The notes: generated from the sequence alone by a model not told the origin. A DNA stretch of 35,227 nt from Candidatus Geohabitans tengchongensis (GCA_031459625.1 JAVKIH010000018.1:1-35227), one strand, 5' to 3'. Positions 1-9,096 are shown, numbered from the stretch's first letter. Made by a program: numbers and translations.

Positions 1-630
1 CCGGGCGGTCTCGATGGTGCGGTTGGCCACGAGGATCGCGTCGAGATCCTGGCGGCGCAGCGCCCGGGCGGTGAGCATGCCTACCTTGCCGGCACCGACC
101 AGCAGGCGGCGGCGGCCGCGCAGCCCGCCGAGCAGCTCCCCTGCCGCCTGCACGGCCACCCTGGGGATGGTGGGGCGGTCGCGGCCGAGCGGCGTCTCCG
201 CGCGCACCCGACGGCCGGCGACGAGAGCGCGCTGTCCCAGGCGGTCCAGGACCGTGCCCAGCCGGCCTGCCGTCCGCGCCTCCGCGAGAGCCGCCCGCAC
301 CTGGGCCAGCACCTGGGGCTCCCCGACCACCATGGAGTCCAGCCCGGCAGCGACCGCCAGGAGGTGGCGCACCGCCTCGGCGGCGTCCCACACGACCAGC
401 GGGTCGATGGATGCACCGCCGCCGGACCAGCCCGCCGCCGCCAGCAGTCTCTCGGCCAGCTGCGAGGCCGGCGCCGTCCCGTAGAGCTCGGTCCGGTTGC
501 ACGTGGTCAGCAGCAGCGCCTCGCCGGGCAGTGACTGGAGGGCACGGCGCGCGGTGTCGCGGGGGAGGGCGAAGCGTTCGCGCACCGCCAGCGGCGCCGT
601 CTTGTGGGTGATGCCGACCGCCGCGATCAT
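1..630 (-). CDS. hemA: Glutamyl-tRNA reductase, 3' part runs off the window
   Basis: Manual translation (not in ORF track): MIAAVGITHKTAPLAVRERF...LLTTCNRTELYG...HLLAVAAGLDSMVVGEPQVLAQVR...LLVGAGKVG. ATG overlaps the upstream stop (ATGA at 630-627). Confidence 0.95.
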   Translation of the reverse strand, partial: MIAAVGITHKTAPLAVRERFALPRDTARRALQSLPGEALLLTTCNRTELYGTAPASQLAERLLAAAGWSGGGASIDPLVVWDAAEAVRHLLAVAAGLDSMVVGEPQVLAQVRAALAEARTAGRLGTVLDRLGQRALVAGRRVRAETPLGRDRPTIPRVAVQAAGELLGGLRGRRRLLVGAGKVGMLTARALRRQDLDAILVANRTIETAR

Positions 631-1241
631 GCCGGAGCCTCGGGACGGGCCTCGTAGTCGCGCACGATGGTGACCAGGACCTCGTCGAGCAGACGGTTCA
701 CCTGGCGCAGCGTCCGCAGTTGCGCCTCCCCGGGAGGGGCGACCTGCAACGTCCGCAGGAGGAGCGTGCTGCGGAAGAGGCAGAAGGCCTCGGTGGCGTG
801 CGACAGCGACAGCCCCGCCTGCCGCAGCTCGCGCGCGTAGCTGTGGCCGATGGTGCGGATCTTGCGCAGCGCAGCCTTCGCCTCCACCTCTCCCCCCGCC
901 GCCCCCGCCACGAGCTCCAGGACGGCCCGGCCGTAGGCGCGCGCCCGGCGCCGGAAGGCCTCGTCCAATCCGGCGAACCAGGGCTGGGCGCGCAGGCGGC
1001 GGGCCGGGAGCTGGCTGGCCAGCCGGAAGGTCCGGCGCCGCAACGCCCCGGCCACATCCGGGGGCGGCGGGGTCATGAGGGCGCGCAGGTCCTCCTCCAG
1101 GAAGCGCCGGTGGCCACCGGGCGTGCGGAAGGTGCGGACCTTCCCCTGATCGGCCCAGTGGCGCAACGTGCCCTCGTCCACCCCCAGCAGGGCGGCGGCG
1201 TCGCGCAGGGGCAGCCAGCGGGGAGGCGTCGAATCTTGCAT
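627..1241 (-). CDS. Excisionase/MerR-like HTH regulator with C-terminal helical (possibly globin/RsbR-N-like) domain
   Basis: WLPLRDAAALLGVDEGTLRHWADQGKVRTFRTPGGHRRF is a typical HTH_17/excisionase signature. C-terminal domain assignment is tentative. Confidence 0.8.
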   Translation of the reverse strand: MQDSTPPRWLPLRDAAALLGVDEGTLRHWADQGKVRTFRTPGGHRRFLEEDLRALMTPPPPDVAGALRRRTFRLASQLPARRLRAQPWFAGLDEAFRRRARAYGRAVLELVAGAAGGEVEAKAALRKIRTIGHSYARELRQAGLSLSHATEAFCLFRSTLLLRTLQVAPPGEAQLRTLRQVNRLLDEVLVTIVRDYEARPEAPA

Positions 1242-1283
1242 TACTTATACAATTCTACACTTTTCGCCCAGATCCTGTGCAAA
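1242..1283. promoter_or_regulatory. AT-rich divergent promoter region
   Basis: TAGAAT on minus strand (1257-1252) lies 10 nt before the regulator ATG. TACAAT on plus strand at 1248-1253. Confidence 0.5.
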
Positions 1284-1306
1284 CCCCTGGCTCGCGACCG
1301 AGCCGA

Positions 1307-1481
1307 GACGAGCGCGGCCTCGGTCATGCTTCGGACCACAGGGGCCGCCTCGGCCACACCGCCCGAAAGGGGGAAACCTTCCCAGAGCGCTCCCCTCACG
1401 GATCGAGGAAGGGAGGTGCGTGGGAGATGAACCTGTCGAGGTCCCGAGGTGAACCCGGGAGGGGGAGCCGAACTCCTCGTC
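1307..1481 (+). ncRNA. Candidate structured RNA (cis-leader of iaaA or 6S-like RNA)
   Basis: Nested complementarity: GACGAG/CTCGTC, CTTCGG/CCGAGG, ACAGG/CCTGT, TTCCCA/TGGGAG. G-U wobbles favour the plus strand. Confidence 0.3.
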
Positions 1482-1482
1482 C

Positions 1483-2340
1483 ATGCGGGTCATCGTCGTC
1501 CACGGCGGGGCGGGCGCGGCGGATGCGGAGCGCGAGGCGCGCCGGCGGGCCGGCTGTCTGGAGGCCGCCCGGCGAGGGTGGGCGATCTTGCGCCAGGGAG
1601 GGGACGCCGTCGAGGCCGTCGTCGAGGCCGTGGCCGCCCTTGAGGACGACCCGGAGTTCAACGCCGGCCTGGGAGCGGTCCTGACGCGGGACGGGCAGGT
1701 CCAGTTGGACGCGGCGGTGATGCGCGGGTGGGACCGGGCGGCGGGAGCTGTCGCCTGGGTGACGCGGACCCGCAATCCCGTGAGGCTCGCCCGGCTCCTG
1801 CTGGACCGCGAGACCGTCCTGATGGTCGGCCCACCGGCCGATGCGCTGGCCGGCGAGGCCGGACTGCCCCGGGTCGACCCGGCGGCCCTCATCACCCCCC
1901 GCCAGCGAGAGCGCCTGGCAACCTTCCTGGCATCCCGGCGCGTAGAGGAGGGTGGGACGGTCGGCGCGGTGGCCCGCGACAGCTCGGGGGGCTTGGCGGC
2001 AGCGACCTCTACGGGAGGACGGCTCGGGCAACGCTCCGGTCGCGTGGGGGACACCCCCGTCATCGGCGCGGGCACGTATGCCGATCAGCGGGGGGCGGCG
2101 TCGGCGACCGGAACGGGAGAGGCCTTCATCCGCGCCGTGGCCGCGTTCCGGGCGGTCTCCGCGCTCGACCACGCGTCGCCGGACGACGCCGCCACCGCCG
2201 CGCTGGCCACGGTCACCGAGGTCGGCGGTCGCGGAGGGTTGATCGTCGTGAACGCCCGCGGGGAGTTCGGTGTGGCCTTCACGACCGCCCAGATGGTCCA
2301 CGCCTGGATCCGGGAAGGGGAGGAAGGCACCGGCGCGTAA
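1483..2340 (+). CDS. iaaA: Isoaspartyl peptidase/L-asparaginase (Ntn hydrolase)
   Basis: HGGAG, LEDDPEFNAG, GTVGAVA (nucleophile Thr), AATSTGG, GRVGDTP, TGTGE motifs. Confidence 0.92.
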   Translation: MRVIVVHGGAGAADAEREARRRAGCLEAARRGWAILRQGGDAVEAVVEAVAALEDDPEFNAGLGAVLTRDGQVQLDAAVMRGWDRAAGAVAWVTRTRNPVRLARLLLDRETVLMVGPPADALAGEAGLPRVDPAALITPRQRERLATFLASRRVEEGGTVGAVARDSSGGLAAATSTGGRLGQRSGRVGDTPVIGAGTYADQRGAASATGTGEAFIRAVAAFRAVSALDHASPDDAATAALATVTEVGGRGGLIVVNARGEFGVAFTTAQMVHAWIREGEEGTGA

Positions 2341-2350
2341 GGAAGAAGGG

Positions 2351-2779
2351 ATGACGGACTGGCTGCTCACGCCGCCACTGACGGCCTCGGAGCCCCTCGC
2401 CTGGCAGGTGAGCCGGATCGGCGAGGCCGCACTCCTCAGGGTCGACGGCGCCATCGACCTCTCTACCGTCTACCTCTTCCGAGTCGCCCTGCGGCGGGGG
2501 CGGGCGGTGAGTCCCACGGTCATCGTGGACCTGAGCGGGGTCTCCTTCGTCGACCTGGCGGCCGTGCAGGCGCTGGAGCACGCCTATCACCGCTGGCACC
2601 GGACGGGCGGCCGCCTGATCGTGGTGGCCAGCGCTCCTCGGGTGCGGCGGATGCTCGAGTTCGTCCACGGGCGCCGGTTCCTCGTCGTCACTCCATCCGT
2701 GGGGATGGCCCTGCAGCTCCTGGGCCAGGAGGCCGGGGCCGAAACCGGCGCCGACGGTACCCGTCCGGCCGGCCGCTGA
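2351..2779 (+). CDS. STAS-domain protein (anti-sigma factor antagonist-like)
   Basis: LRVDGAIDLST...VIVDLSGVSFVDLAAVQAL. Start set at ATG 2351 after a purine-rich RBS. Confidence 0.8.
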   Translation: MTDWLLTPPLTASEPLAWQVSRIGEAALLRVDGAIDLSTVYLFRVALRRGRAVSPTVIVDLSGVSFVDLAAVQALEHAYHRWHRTGGRLIVVASAPRVRRMLEFVHGRRFLVVTPSVGMALQLLGQEAGAETGADGTRPAGR

Positions 2780-2982
2780 TCCGGCCGGAGCTCCCCCCGG
2801 AGCTCCCACAGGGAGTGGACGATGTCCCCGGACCGGACAGACAATGTTCGGGGGAAATGCGGGATGGAGGAGGAGGAGATGACCACCTCCTCCGCCAATA
2901 TTACTAGTTCATGGTGCCCGCACGTTGCCTGCCGGTCTCGCCAGGGCAAACGAGGGGAGGGGCACTGGTACAGGAGCACGCC

Positions 2983-3246
2983 ATGGAGCACGACTACCTC
3001 GTTCTCGACAGCCGCGGTCACCCACTTGCAGGACCGTTCCGGGACGAGCATGCTGCCCGGCTGTGGATCGCCTTCAACCGCTTCCGCCACCAGGGCCCGC
3101 TTTCCATCCTGCACGTCGGCTCACGCTGGCGGCCGACCGCGGTCTTCAGGCGCGTCCAGGATGTCCCCGAGGCGGTCTGGGAACAGCAGGCGCGGGCGCG
3201 GGCGATCGTCGTCCAGACGGCCGACGGCGCCGAAATTCTCTCCTGA
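2983..3246 (+). CDS. Small hypothetical protein (87 aa)
   Basis: AGGAG RBS, ATG 2983, protein-like composition, followed by a hairpin. Confidence 0.6.
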   Translation: MEHDYLVLDSRGHPLAGPFRDEHAARLWIAFNRFRHQGPLSILHVGSRWRPTAVFRRVQDVPEAVWEQQARARAIVVQTADGAEILS

Positions 3247-3266
3247 GGCGACGAGGCGGGGAGACC

Positions 3267-3294
3267 GAGGGGCGGGGATCAGGCCCCGCCCCTC
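3267..3294. terminator. Hairpin between convergent genes
   Basis: GAGGGGCGGGG-atcagg-CCCCGCCCCTC, an 11-bp perfect stem with no U tract. Confidence 0.55.
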
Positions 3295-3328
3295 GTGACC
3301 GGTTGCGACGATCTGGTGTCCGCGCGGC

Positions 3329-3679
3329 TCAGGTACCGGCGTGAGCAGGCGTCGGCGCCGGCACCTCGCGGGGAACCGTCACCGAGACCCGCTCAGCTTC
3401 CTCGAGGCCAATGCGCAGGTGCTCGGAGTTGACGAGGGGGAAGATCTCCACGTTGGTCAGCCCGTAGACGCGGCACAGCGAGCTGAGACGCTCGGCTTCG
3501 GCCGGGTTGCTGACCTCCGACCAGATCGCGAAGCCGGTGCTGTATCCGGTGAGTCCGAACACCTGTTTGACCCTGGGATCACGGCTCAGCTGCTCCAGGG
3601 CGGCGCGCATGCTCGAGACCTGGGCCCTGGTCGCCTGAGGGATGTCGAACCCGCGGGCAAGGATCAGCACCTGCTCCAT
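3329..3679 (-). CDS. Hypothetical protein (116 aa), possibly ferredoxin-like fold
   Basis: Strong RBS (AGGAGGAGTGGGGAG) and typical codon usage. Fold guess from the beta-alpha-beta pattern only. Confidence 0.7.
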   Translation of the reverse strand: MEQVLILARGFDIPQATRAQVSSMRAALEQLSRDPRVKQVFGLTGYSTGFAIWSEVSNPAEAERLSSLCRVYGLTNVEIFPLVNSEHLRIGLEEAERVSVTVPREVPAPTPAHAGT

Positions 3680-3943
3680 ACCGACTCCCCACTCCTCCTT
3701 TCCGTGCAGATGAGCGTGCGGATGACCTTCAACGCGACGGCAGGCTTCTCACCTCCTTCCTCCCCGAGCTGAGGGGCCCGTGCGGATTCGGAATGGAGGC
3801 GCCCGCCACGGGGGTGGAGGACTGTCGTCATGCCATCCATCGGCGGCTGTCCTCGAGGCATCCCGACCGGACCGGCCGCCCGGGGAGAATCATGATACTC
3901 ACCGCTTCCGGCAGGGCAATGAACGAGACGTGAAAAATGTGCG

Positions 3944-4001
3944 GGCGGACCCGGACGGGTGCACCCGCTATAGGCGGACCCGGGCGGGTGCACCCGCTAT
4001 A
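3944..4001 (+). repeat. Tandem 2 x 29-bp repeat with internal palindrome, ending in the tRNA -10 box
   Basis: GGCGGACCCGG(A/G)CGGGTGCACCCGCTATA twice with 1 mismatch. TATAAT at 3998-4003. Confidence 0.9.
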
Positions 4002-4044
4002 ATCGAAGGCAGAGGCCTGGCCGGAGGCCGGGGCCTGCACCGCC

Positions 4045-4137
4045 GGAGGGGTCGCGTAGCCCGGTAGCGCGCCCGCCTGGAGAGCGGGTAAGCGGTCACA
4101 AGCCGCTTCGCGGGTTCAAATCCCGCCCCCTCCGCCA
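4045..4137 (+). tRNA. tRNA-Ser(GGA)
   Basis: GGAGGGG/CCCCTCC acceptor stem, anticodon arm CCCGC-CT-GGA-GA-GCGGG, long variable arm, GGTTCAAATCC T-arm, encoded CCA. Confidence 0.95.
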
Positions 4138-4179
4138 TCAGGGGTCGAGGTCACCCCCTCTCTTGCGGACCGGCGGGTC

Positions 4180-4908
4180 GTGATGGGATCGCACCGCTTC
4201 GTTGAAGTTCGGGCGCGGTACGCTGCGCTGGCACGGGCGCGCCTCCACGCGGCTCTAGCCCGCGCCGGCCACCGCCTGCACCCGCTCCGCGCCCGGATCG
4301 CCGGGGCCCTGGCGCCCCTCGAGGAGGCCCTGCAGCCGCTCCGCGGTTACCTCAGCCGGGCCCAGCAGCACCTGCCGCCGCTCGACTGGCGACGCACCCG
4401 CCAGAGCGTCCTGGAGGTCACCAAGACGCTCGTCATCGCCTTCCTGCTGGCCCAGCTCATCATGGTCTCGGTGGCCCAGGCGTTCCAGGTGGAGCAGTAC
4501 TCCATGGAGCCGACGCTGCTGCCGCACGACCGGGTGCTCGTGAGCAAATTCATCTATCACCTGCGCCCGCCCCAGCGGGGGGACGTGGTGGTGATGCGCT
4601 ACCCACGCAACCCCGAGCGCAACTACATCAAGCGGGTGGTGGGGCTGCCCGGCGAGCGCGTGGAGATCCGCGACGGGAAGGTCCTGGTGAACGGGCAGCC
4701 GCTCAGCGAACGGTACGTGAACGGGGAGATCGCCGGGGAGTACGGCCCGGTGACCGTCCCGGACGACTCCGTCTTCGTCCTGGGGGACAACCGCAACAAC
4801 AGCGAGGACAGCCGCGCGTTCGGCGCGGTCAAGCGCCACCTCCTCGTGGGGCAGGCGATCCTCATCTACTGGCCCCCGCACCGGGCCCGCCTGCTCCTGG
4901 GCCAATAG
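4180..4908 (+). CDS. lepB: Signal peptidase I
   Basis: SMEPTL (Ser), YIKRVVGLPG (Lys), GDNRNNSEDSR motifs, one TM segment. Exact start uncertain. Confidence 0.95.
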   Translation: MMGSHRFVEVRARYAALARARLHAALARAGHRLHPLRARIAGALAPLEEALQPLRGYLSRAQQHLPPLDWRRTRQSVLEVTKTLVIAFLLAQLIMVSVAQAFQVEQYSMEPTLLPHDRVLVSKFIYHLRPPQRGDVVVMRYPRNPERNYIKRVVGLPGERVEIRDGKVLVNGQPLSERYVNGEIAGEYGPVTVPDDSVFVLGDNRNNSEDSRAFGAVKRHLLVGQAILIYWPPHRARLLLGQ

Positions 4909-4921
4909 GGTACAATGAGGT

Positions 4922-5196
4922 GCGGCCGTGCTAGGTGGGGAGCTAGCGGTTCCCTGTACCCGCAATCCGCTACAGCGGGGCTGAATCCCCGCCCGAGGCC
5001 CGGGGCGTGAGGGCCCGGTCCGCGGCGGTCCGACGACGAAGGTCGGGTCCTGCGCAACGGGATCTGACGAACCCCGCCAGGCCCGGGAGGGAGCAACGGT
5101 AAGTCAGTCCTCCCGTGTGCCGCAGGGGCACCTGACCGGAGCCGGTCCCGCGGCGCCCGCCTCGTGTCCTGGGGTCGACGGTGGGTGCACGGCCGC
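4922..5196 (+). ncRNA. ffs: Large bacterial SRP RNA (Alu plus S domain, Bacillus scRNA type)
   Basis: GCGGCCGTGC/GCACGGCCGC terminal helix, Alu-like 5' region GCTAGGTGGGGAGCTAGCGGTTCCCTGTACCCGCAATCCGCT, helix 8 CAGGCCCGGGAGGGAGCAAC. TACAAT -10 at 4911-4916. Confidence 0.93.
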
Positions 5197-5277
5197 GTTC
5201 CCCGCGTGCGTCCGCTGCGCGCGCCCGCCGAGCCGTCTGCCCTTCCGGTGCCGACCCCCGCGCAACCGATCGGTCAA

Positions 5278-6216
5278 TCATCCGCCGCCCGTGCCCATCC
5301 CCACGGCCCGCCGATGGTGGGGGAGCAGCGCGGCGTAGACCGCGAAGGCCAGCGGGGTAGGCACCCCCGCCTCGCGGCCGTAGCGCACCAGCGTCCCGTG
5401 GAGCGCCTCCACCTCCAGCCGCCGACCGGCCAGCAGGTCGGTGGCCAGAGAGGCCCGGCTGTCCGGCAGCTGGGCCTCCGCCAGGGCCAGGTGACGGTCC
5501 ACCAGGTCCGGCGGCAGGGGCACGCCCCTGGCACGCGCCACCGCCACGCCCTCCTCCAGCAATCCCCGGAAGAGCGCCCAGGTGGGCGGCGAGGCCCGCA
5601 CCTCACCGAGCGGCAGCCGGGTGAGCGCGCTCACGCCCGCCAGCGCGCAGATGAAGATGAACTTGCTCCATTTCTCGGGCCGGATGTCCGCCAGCGCCTC
5701 GGCCTCGAACCCCGCGGCGCGGAAGCGCGCCTCCCAGGCGCGCAGGCGGTCGGTCAGGCCACGCCCGGTCCAGGCGCCGAACCGGATCGCCCGCGGCCCC
5801 CCGGTCTGGCGCACCACCCCGGGGGCCTCGATGGCCGCGAAGATGTACGCCGTCCCGCCCCACACCCGCTCCGGCCCGAAGCGCGCCGCCAGCACCTCTT
5901 CGTTGTCGACCCCGTTCTGCAGGGAGAGGATGACGGTCTGCGGGCCCACCGCCGGAACGATGCGCGCGGCGGCGGTCTCCGTGTCGTAGGCCTTCACGGT
6001 GAAGAGCACCAGCTCGGCCGGCTCGTCCGGTGCGCCCAGGGCGCGGGCCGGGGCGAAGAGCTCGCCGTGGACGGTGTGCAGGCGCACCCCGCCCTGGGCC
6101 TGCAGGGCGTCCAAATGCGCCCCCCGCGCCATGAAGGTGACGCGCTCGCCGGCGCGCGCCAGCAGCCCCCCGAAGTAGCCGCCGACACCGCCTGCGCCGA
6201 CGACCAGGACGCTCAC
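5278..6216 (-). CDS. panE: 2-dehydropantoate 2-reductase (ketopantoate reductase family)
   Basis: VVGAGGVGGYFG, TVKAYD, LSLQNG, KWSKF, SLATDLLAGRRLEVEAL. Confidence 0.9.
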   Translation of the reverse strand: MSVLVVGAGGVGGYFGGLLARAGERVTFMARGAHLDALQAQGGVRLHTVHGELFAPARALGAPDEPAELVLFTVKAYDTETAAARIVPAVGPQTVILSLQNGVDNEEVLAARFGPERVWGGTAYIFAAIEAPGVVRQTGGPRAIRFGAWTGRGLTDRLRAWEARFRAAGFEAEALADIRPEKWSKFIFICALAGVSALTRLPLGEVRASPPTWALFRGLLEEGVAVARARGVPLPPDLVDRHLALAEAQLPDSRASLATDLLAGRRLEVEALHGTLVRYGREAGVPTPLAFAVYAALLPHHRRAVGMGTGGG

Positions 6217-8708
6217 GAGCGGGAGGGCTCGTCCTCTCCACCGGCGGCCGGGATGGGGGCCTCGGCGGGCTGCCGCTCGTCGCGGCCGGGGCGGGGGGCG
6301 AACTGGCGCAGCCGCTCCGCCAGCTCTTCAAGCCGCCGGGCCACGCGCGCGTTTACGGTCCCCTCGGGGAACTTCCCGTCCGGCCCGCGCTCGCCGGCGG
6401 GCAGGCCGGTGAGGATCTCCAGCCCCTCGTCCACGGTGCGCACCGCCCAGATGTGAAACTGGCCGCGGCGGACCGCCTCCACCACCTCGTCGTGCAGCAT
6501 GAGGTTGCGCACGTTCTGGGCGGGGATGATCACGCCCTGGCGCCCGGTCAGCCCCAGGGCCTTGCACACGTAGTAGAACCCCTCGATCTTCTCGTTCACC
6601 CCGCCGATGGGCTGGATCTGGCCGTGCTGGTTCACCGAGCCGGTCACGGCGATCCCCTGCTCGATGGGCACCTGACCGAGGTCGCTCAGCAGCGTGTAGA
6701 GCTCGGTGGAGGAGGCGGAGTCACCCTCCACCTCCTCGTAGGTCTGCTCGAAGGTCAGCGAGGCGTTCAGCGTGAGCGGGCGGTCCTGGGCGTAGCGCCC
6801 CCCCAGGTAGTTGGCCAGGATGAAGACGCCCTTGCTGTGGATGCGCCCGGACATCTGCGTCTCGCGCTCGATGTTCACCACCCCCCGCGAGCCCACGTAG
6901 GTGCGGGCGGTGATGCGGTTGGGGCGCCCGAAGGCGTAGTCGCCCAGCAGGTGGACGGCCAGACCGTTCACCGTCCCCACGCGGGCGCCGTCGATGTCCA
7001 CCAGGAGCTGCCCCTGGGCGATGGCCTCCCGGATTCGCTCCTCGATCCGGTTGCTGCGGTAGACCTTCTCCTCCAGGGCCCGGTCCACGTGCGCCGCCCG
7101 GACCACCGTGGCCCCCTCCCGCTGCGCCCACGCCGAGGCCTCGGCCAGGACTTTGACCACCTCGTGGAAGAGGGCGGTGAGCTTCTCCTGGTCTCCGGCC
7201 ACGCGCACGCTGTACTCCACCAGCCGGGCGACGGCGTCGCGGTGGAAGGGGAGCAGGCCCTGCCGCCGGGCCACGACACCCAGGGCCTGGACGTATTCCC
7301 GCAGGGTGGCCTCGCTGCGAGGCAGGTCGACGTCGAAGTCGGCGCGGATCTTGAACAGCTCCCGGAAGTCCTCGTCGAACAGGTAGAGCAGGTGGTAGAC
7401 CAGCGCGTTGCCGATGAGGACGACCTTCACGTCCAGCGGGATGGGCTCCGGGCGCAGGGTGGCGGTGGGGATGAGGCCCAGCTGCTCGCCCAGGTTCTCG
7501 ATGCGGATCTCCCGGCTGCGCAGCGCCCGCTTCAGCGCCTCCCACGCCATCGGCGCCAGCGCCACGTCCCGCAGCTGCAGCAGTAGGAAGCCGCCGTTGG
7601 CGCGGTGCAGGGCGCCGGGCTTGATCATCGTGAAGTCGGTGACGAGCGCGCCGAACTCCCCCCGGTACTCCACCTTGCCGATGAGGTTGTAGTAGGTGGG
7701 GTTGGGTTCGATCACCACCGGCGCCCCGCGCGTCTCGGCGTGGTCCACCAGCAGGTTCACGCGGTAGCGCAGGAAGGGGTCGCGCCGCCGCACCTCGACC
7801 GGCAGGGGGAAGAGCGGACGCGCCGGCTCCTCCTCCTCTTTGAAGAGGTCGAGGTTCTCCACCACGTCGTGCTTGAGGCCGTCCAGGTAGGCGGCCACGC
7901 GCGGGTTGGCCCCGTACCGCTCCCGGACCGGCTCCACCGCCCGCTCCACCACGCGCTCCACCGCGTCCCGTTCGAGCTGGTGCAGGGCGTCCCGCGCCTC
8001 GCGCTCCAGGTTGCGCACCTGCCGCAGGGCCTCGCCGATGCGCTCGCCCAGCTGCCGGGCCCGCGCCTCCAGGGCCTCGCGTTGCTGCGCCGGCAGGCGC
8101 TCCAGGAGTTCGGGGGCCAGCGGCTCCCCTGAGGGCCCCACGGGCACCGGGAAGACACCCGCGGGCGTCCGCTGGATGGCAAAGCCCAGCTGCCGTCCCT
8201 CGGCCTCCAGCTGCTGCCAGACGGCGTTCACCCGGTCCTCGTAGGCGCGCAGCGTGTCGCGCCGCCGCTTGCCGAAGTGCTCGCTGGCCAGCAGCTGGCG
8301 GATGCCCTCGCGCAGCTCGTCGACCAGCCGGGCCATGTCCCGCCGGAAGCGCCGCCCCTCCCCGGGGGCGAAGCGGATCGCCACCGGCTCGTCGGGCTGC
8401 TGGAAGTTGTAGACGTAGCACCAGTCGGACGGGGTGGGGCGCAGCGCGGCCAGCTGCTCGATCTTCTGGCGGGCGTAGGTGGTGCGCCCGGTGCCGGTGG
8501 GGCCGGTGACGAAGACATTGTAGCCCGGCTGCGGCACGCCCAGGCCGAAGTCCAGGGCGCGGACGGCGCGCTCCTGTCCCACCATGATCTCGTCGTGCGG
8601 CAGCTCGTCGGTAGTCTCGAAGGGGAAGATGGCGGGGTCGCACCACCAGCGCAGCCGCTCGACGGGGACGCGGAGCCGCTCGCGGGCGTCGGTGGCGGGG
8701 ACGCTCAC
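6213..8708 (-). CDS. LonC-like (Lon family S16) protease with AAA-like domain
   Basis: GQERA, GPTGTGRTT, EPNPTYYNLIG, IKPGALHRANGG, EGDSAS (Ser), GGVNEKIEGF (Lys). Confidence 0.92.
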   Translation of the reverse strand: MSVPATDARERLRVPVERLRWWCDPAIFPFETTDELPHDEIMVGQERAVRALDFGLGVPQPGYNVFVTGPTGTGRTTYARQKIEQLAALRPTPSDWCYVYNFQQPDEPVAIRFAPGEGRRFRRDMARLVDELREGIRQLLASEHFGKRRRDTLRAYEDRVNAVWQQLEAEGRQLGFAIQRTPAGVFPVPVGPSGEPLAPELLERLPAQQREALEARARQLGERIGEALRQVRNLEREARDALHQLERDAVERVVERAVEPVRERYGANPRVAAYLDGLKHDVVENLDLFKEEEEPARPLFPLPVEVRRRDPFLRYRVNLLVDHAETRGAPVVIEPNPTYYNLIGKVEYRGEFGALVTDFTMIKPGALHRANGGFLLLQLRDVALAPMAWEALKRALRSREIRIENLGEQLGLIPTATLRPEPIPLDVKVVLIGNALVYHLLYLFDEDFRELFKIRADFDVDLPRSEATLREYVQALGVVARRQGLLPFHRDAVARLVEYSVRVAGDQEKLTALFHEVVKVLAEASAWAQREGATVVRAAHVDRALEEKVYRSNRIEERIREAIAQGQLLVDIDGARVGTVNGLAVHLLGDYAFGRPNRITARTYVGSRGVVNIERETQMSGRIHSKGVFILANYLGGRYAQDRPLTLNASLTFEQTYEEVEGDSASSTELYTLLSDLGQVPIEQGIAVTGSVNQHGQIQPIGGVNEKIEGFYYVCKALGLTGRQGVIIPAQNVRNLMLHDEVVEAVRRGQFHIWAVRTVDEGLEILTGLPAGERGPDGKFPEGTVNARVARRLEELAERLRQFAPRPGRDERQPAEAPIPAAGGEDEPSRS

Positions 8709-8709
8709 G

Positions 8710-9096
8710 TCACGACCCGGCCGTCCCGTGCCCGCCGGCCGGGCCGCCTGCCCGGCCGCGCGGAGCGGCGGGCAGGCTGATGAAGCCGGCCTGTCGCCCT
8801 CTGCTGGTACCTCGCCCCTGGGGGACGCGGGGGTGGTGGGCGATGTTCACGTCGAGGTGCTTGCCGCAGGCGCAGACCACCTGCTGGGTCTCGGCGGCGT
8901 TCACCCAGACGTGCCCCGACGCCTCGGCCCGGCGCCGCGCCGCCTCCACCGCGCCGGAGCGCTCGTCCTCCTCGTCCTCGCGGCGCCCCATCTCCGCCGT
9001 CCCGGTCCCGCTCAACCGGTAGAGGAGGGCTTTCGGGTAATAAACTGTATAGCGGCGCCCGCACCCGCCGCAGGGGAACGTGAAGACGAGAGCCAT
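8710..9096 (-). CDS. Small putative Zn-binding hypothetical protein
   Basis: CGGC near N-terminus and CACG later. TAGAAT -10 lies 8 nt before the ATG. Stop abuts the Lon-like gene start. Confidence 0.65.
   Translation of the reverse strand: MALVFTFPCGGCGRRYTVYYPKALLYRLSGTGTAEMGRREDEEDERSGAVEAARRRAEASGHVWVNAAETQQVVCACGKHLDVNIAHHPRVPQGRGTSRGRQAGFISLPAAPRGRAGGPAGGHGTAGS

Noticed and set aside
1350..1380. c-di-GMP-I riboswitch-like CACACCGCCCGAAAGGG
   Set aside because: Lacks the following CGCAAAG junction and second stem.
3944..4001. CRISPR array
   Set aside because: Only two adjacent units, no spacer and no cas genes. No CRISPR seen anywhere in the window.
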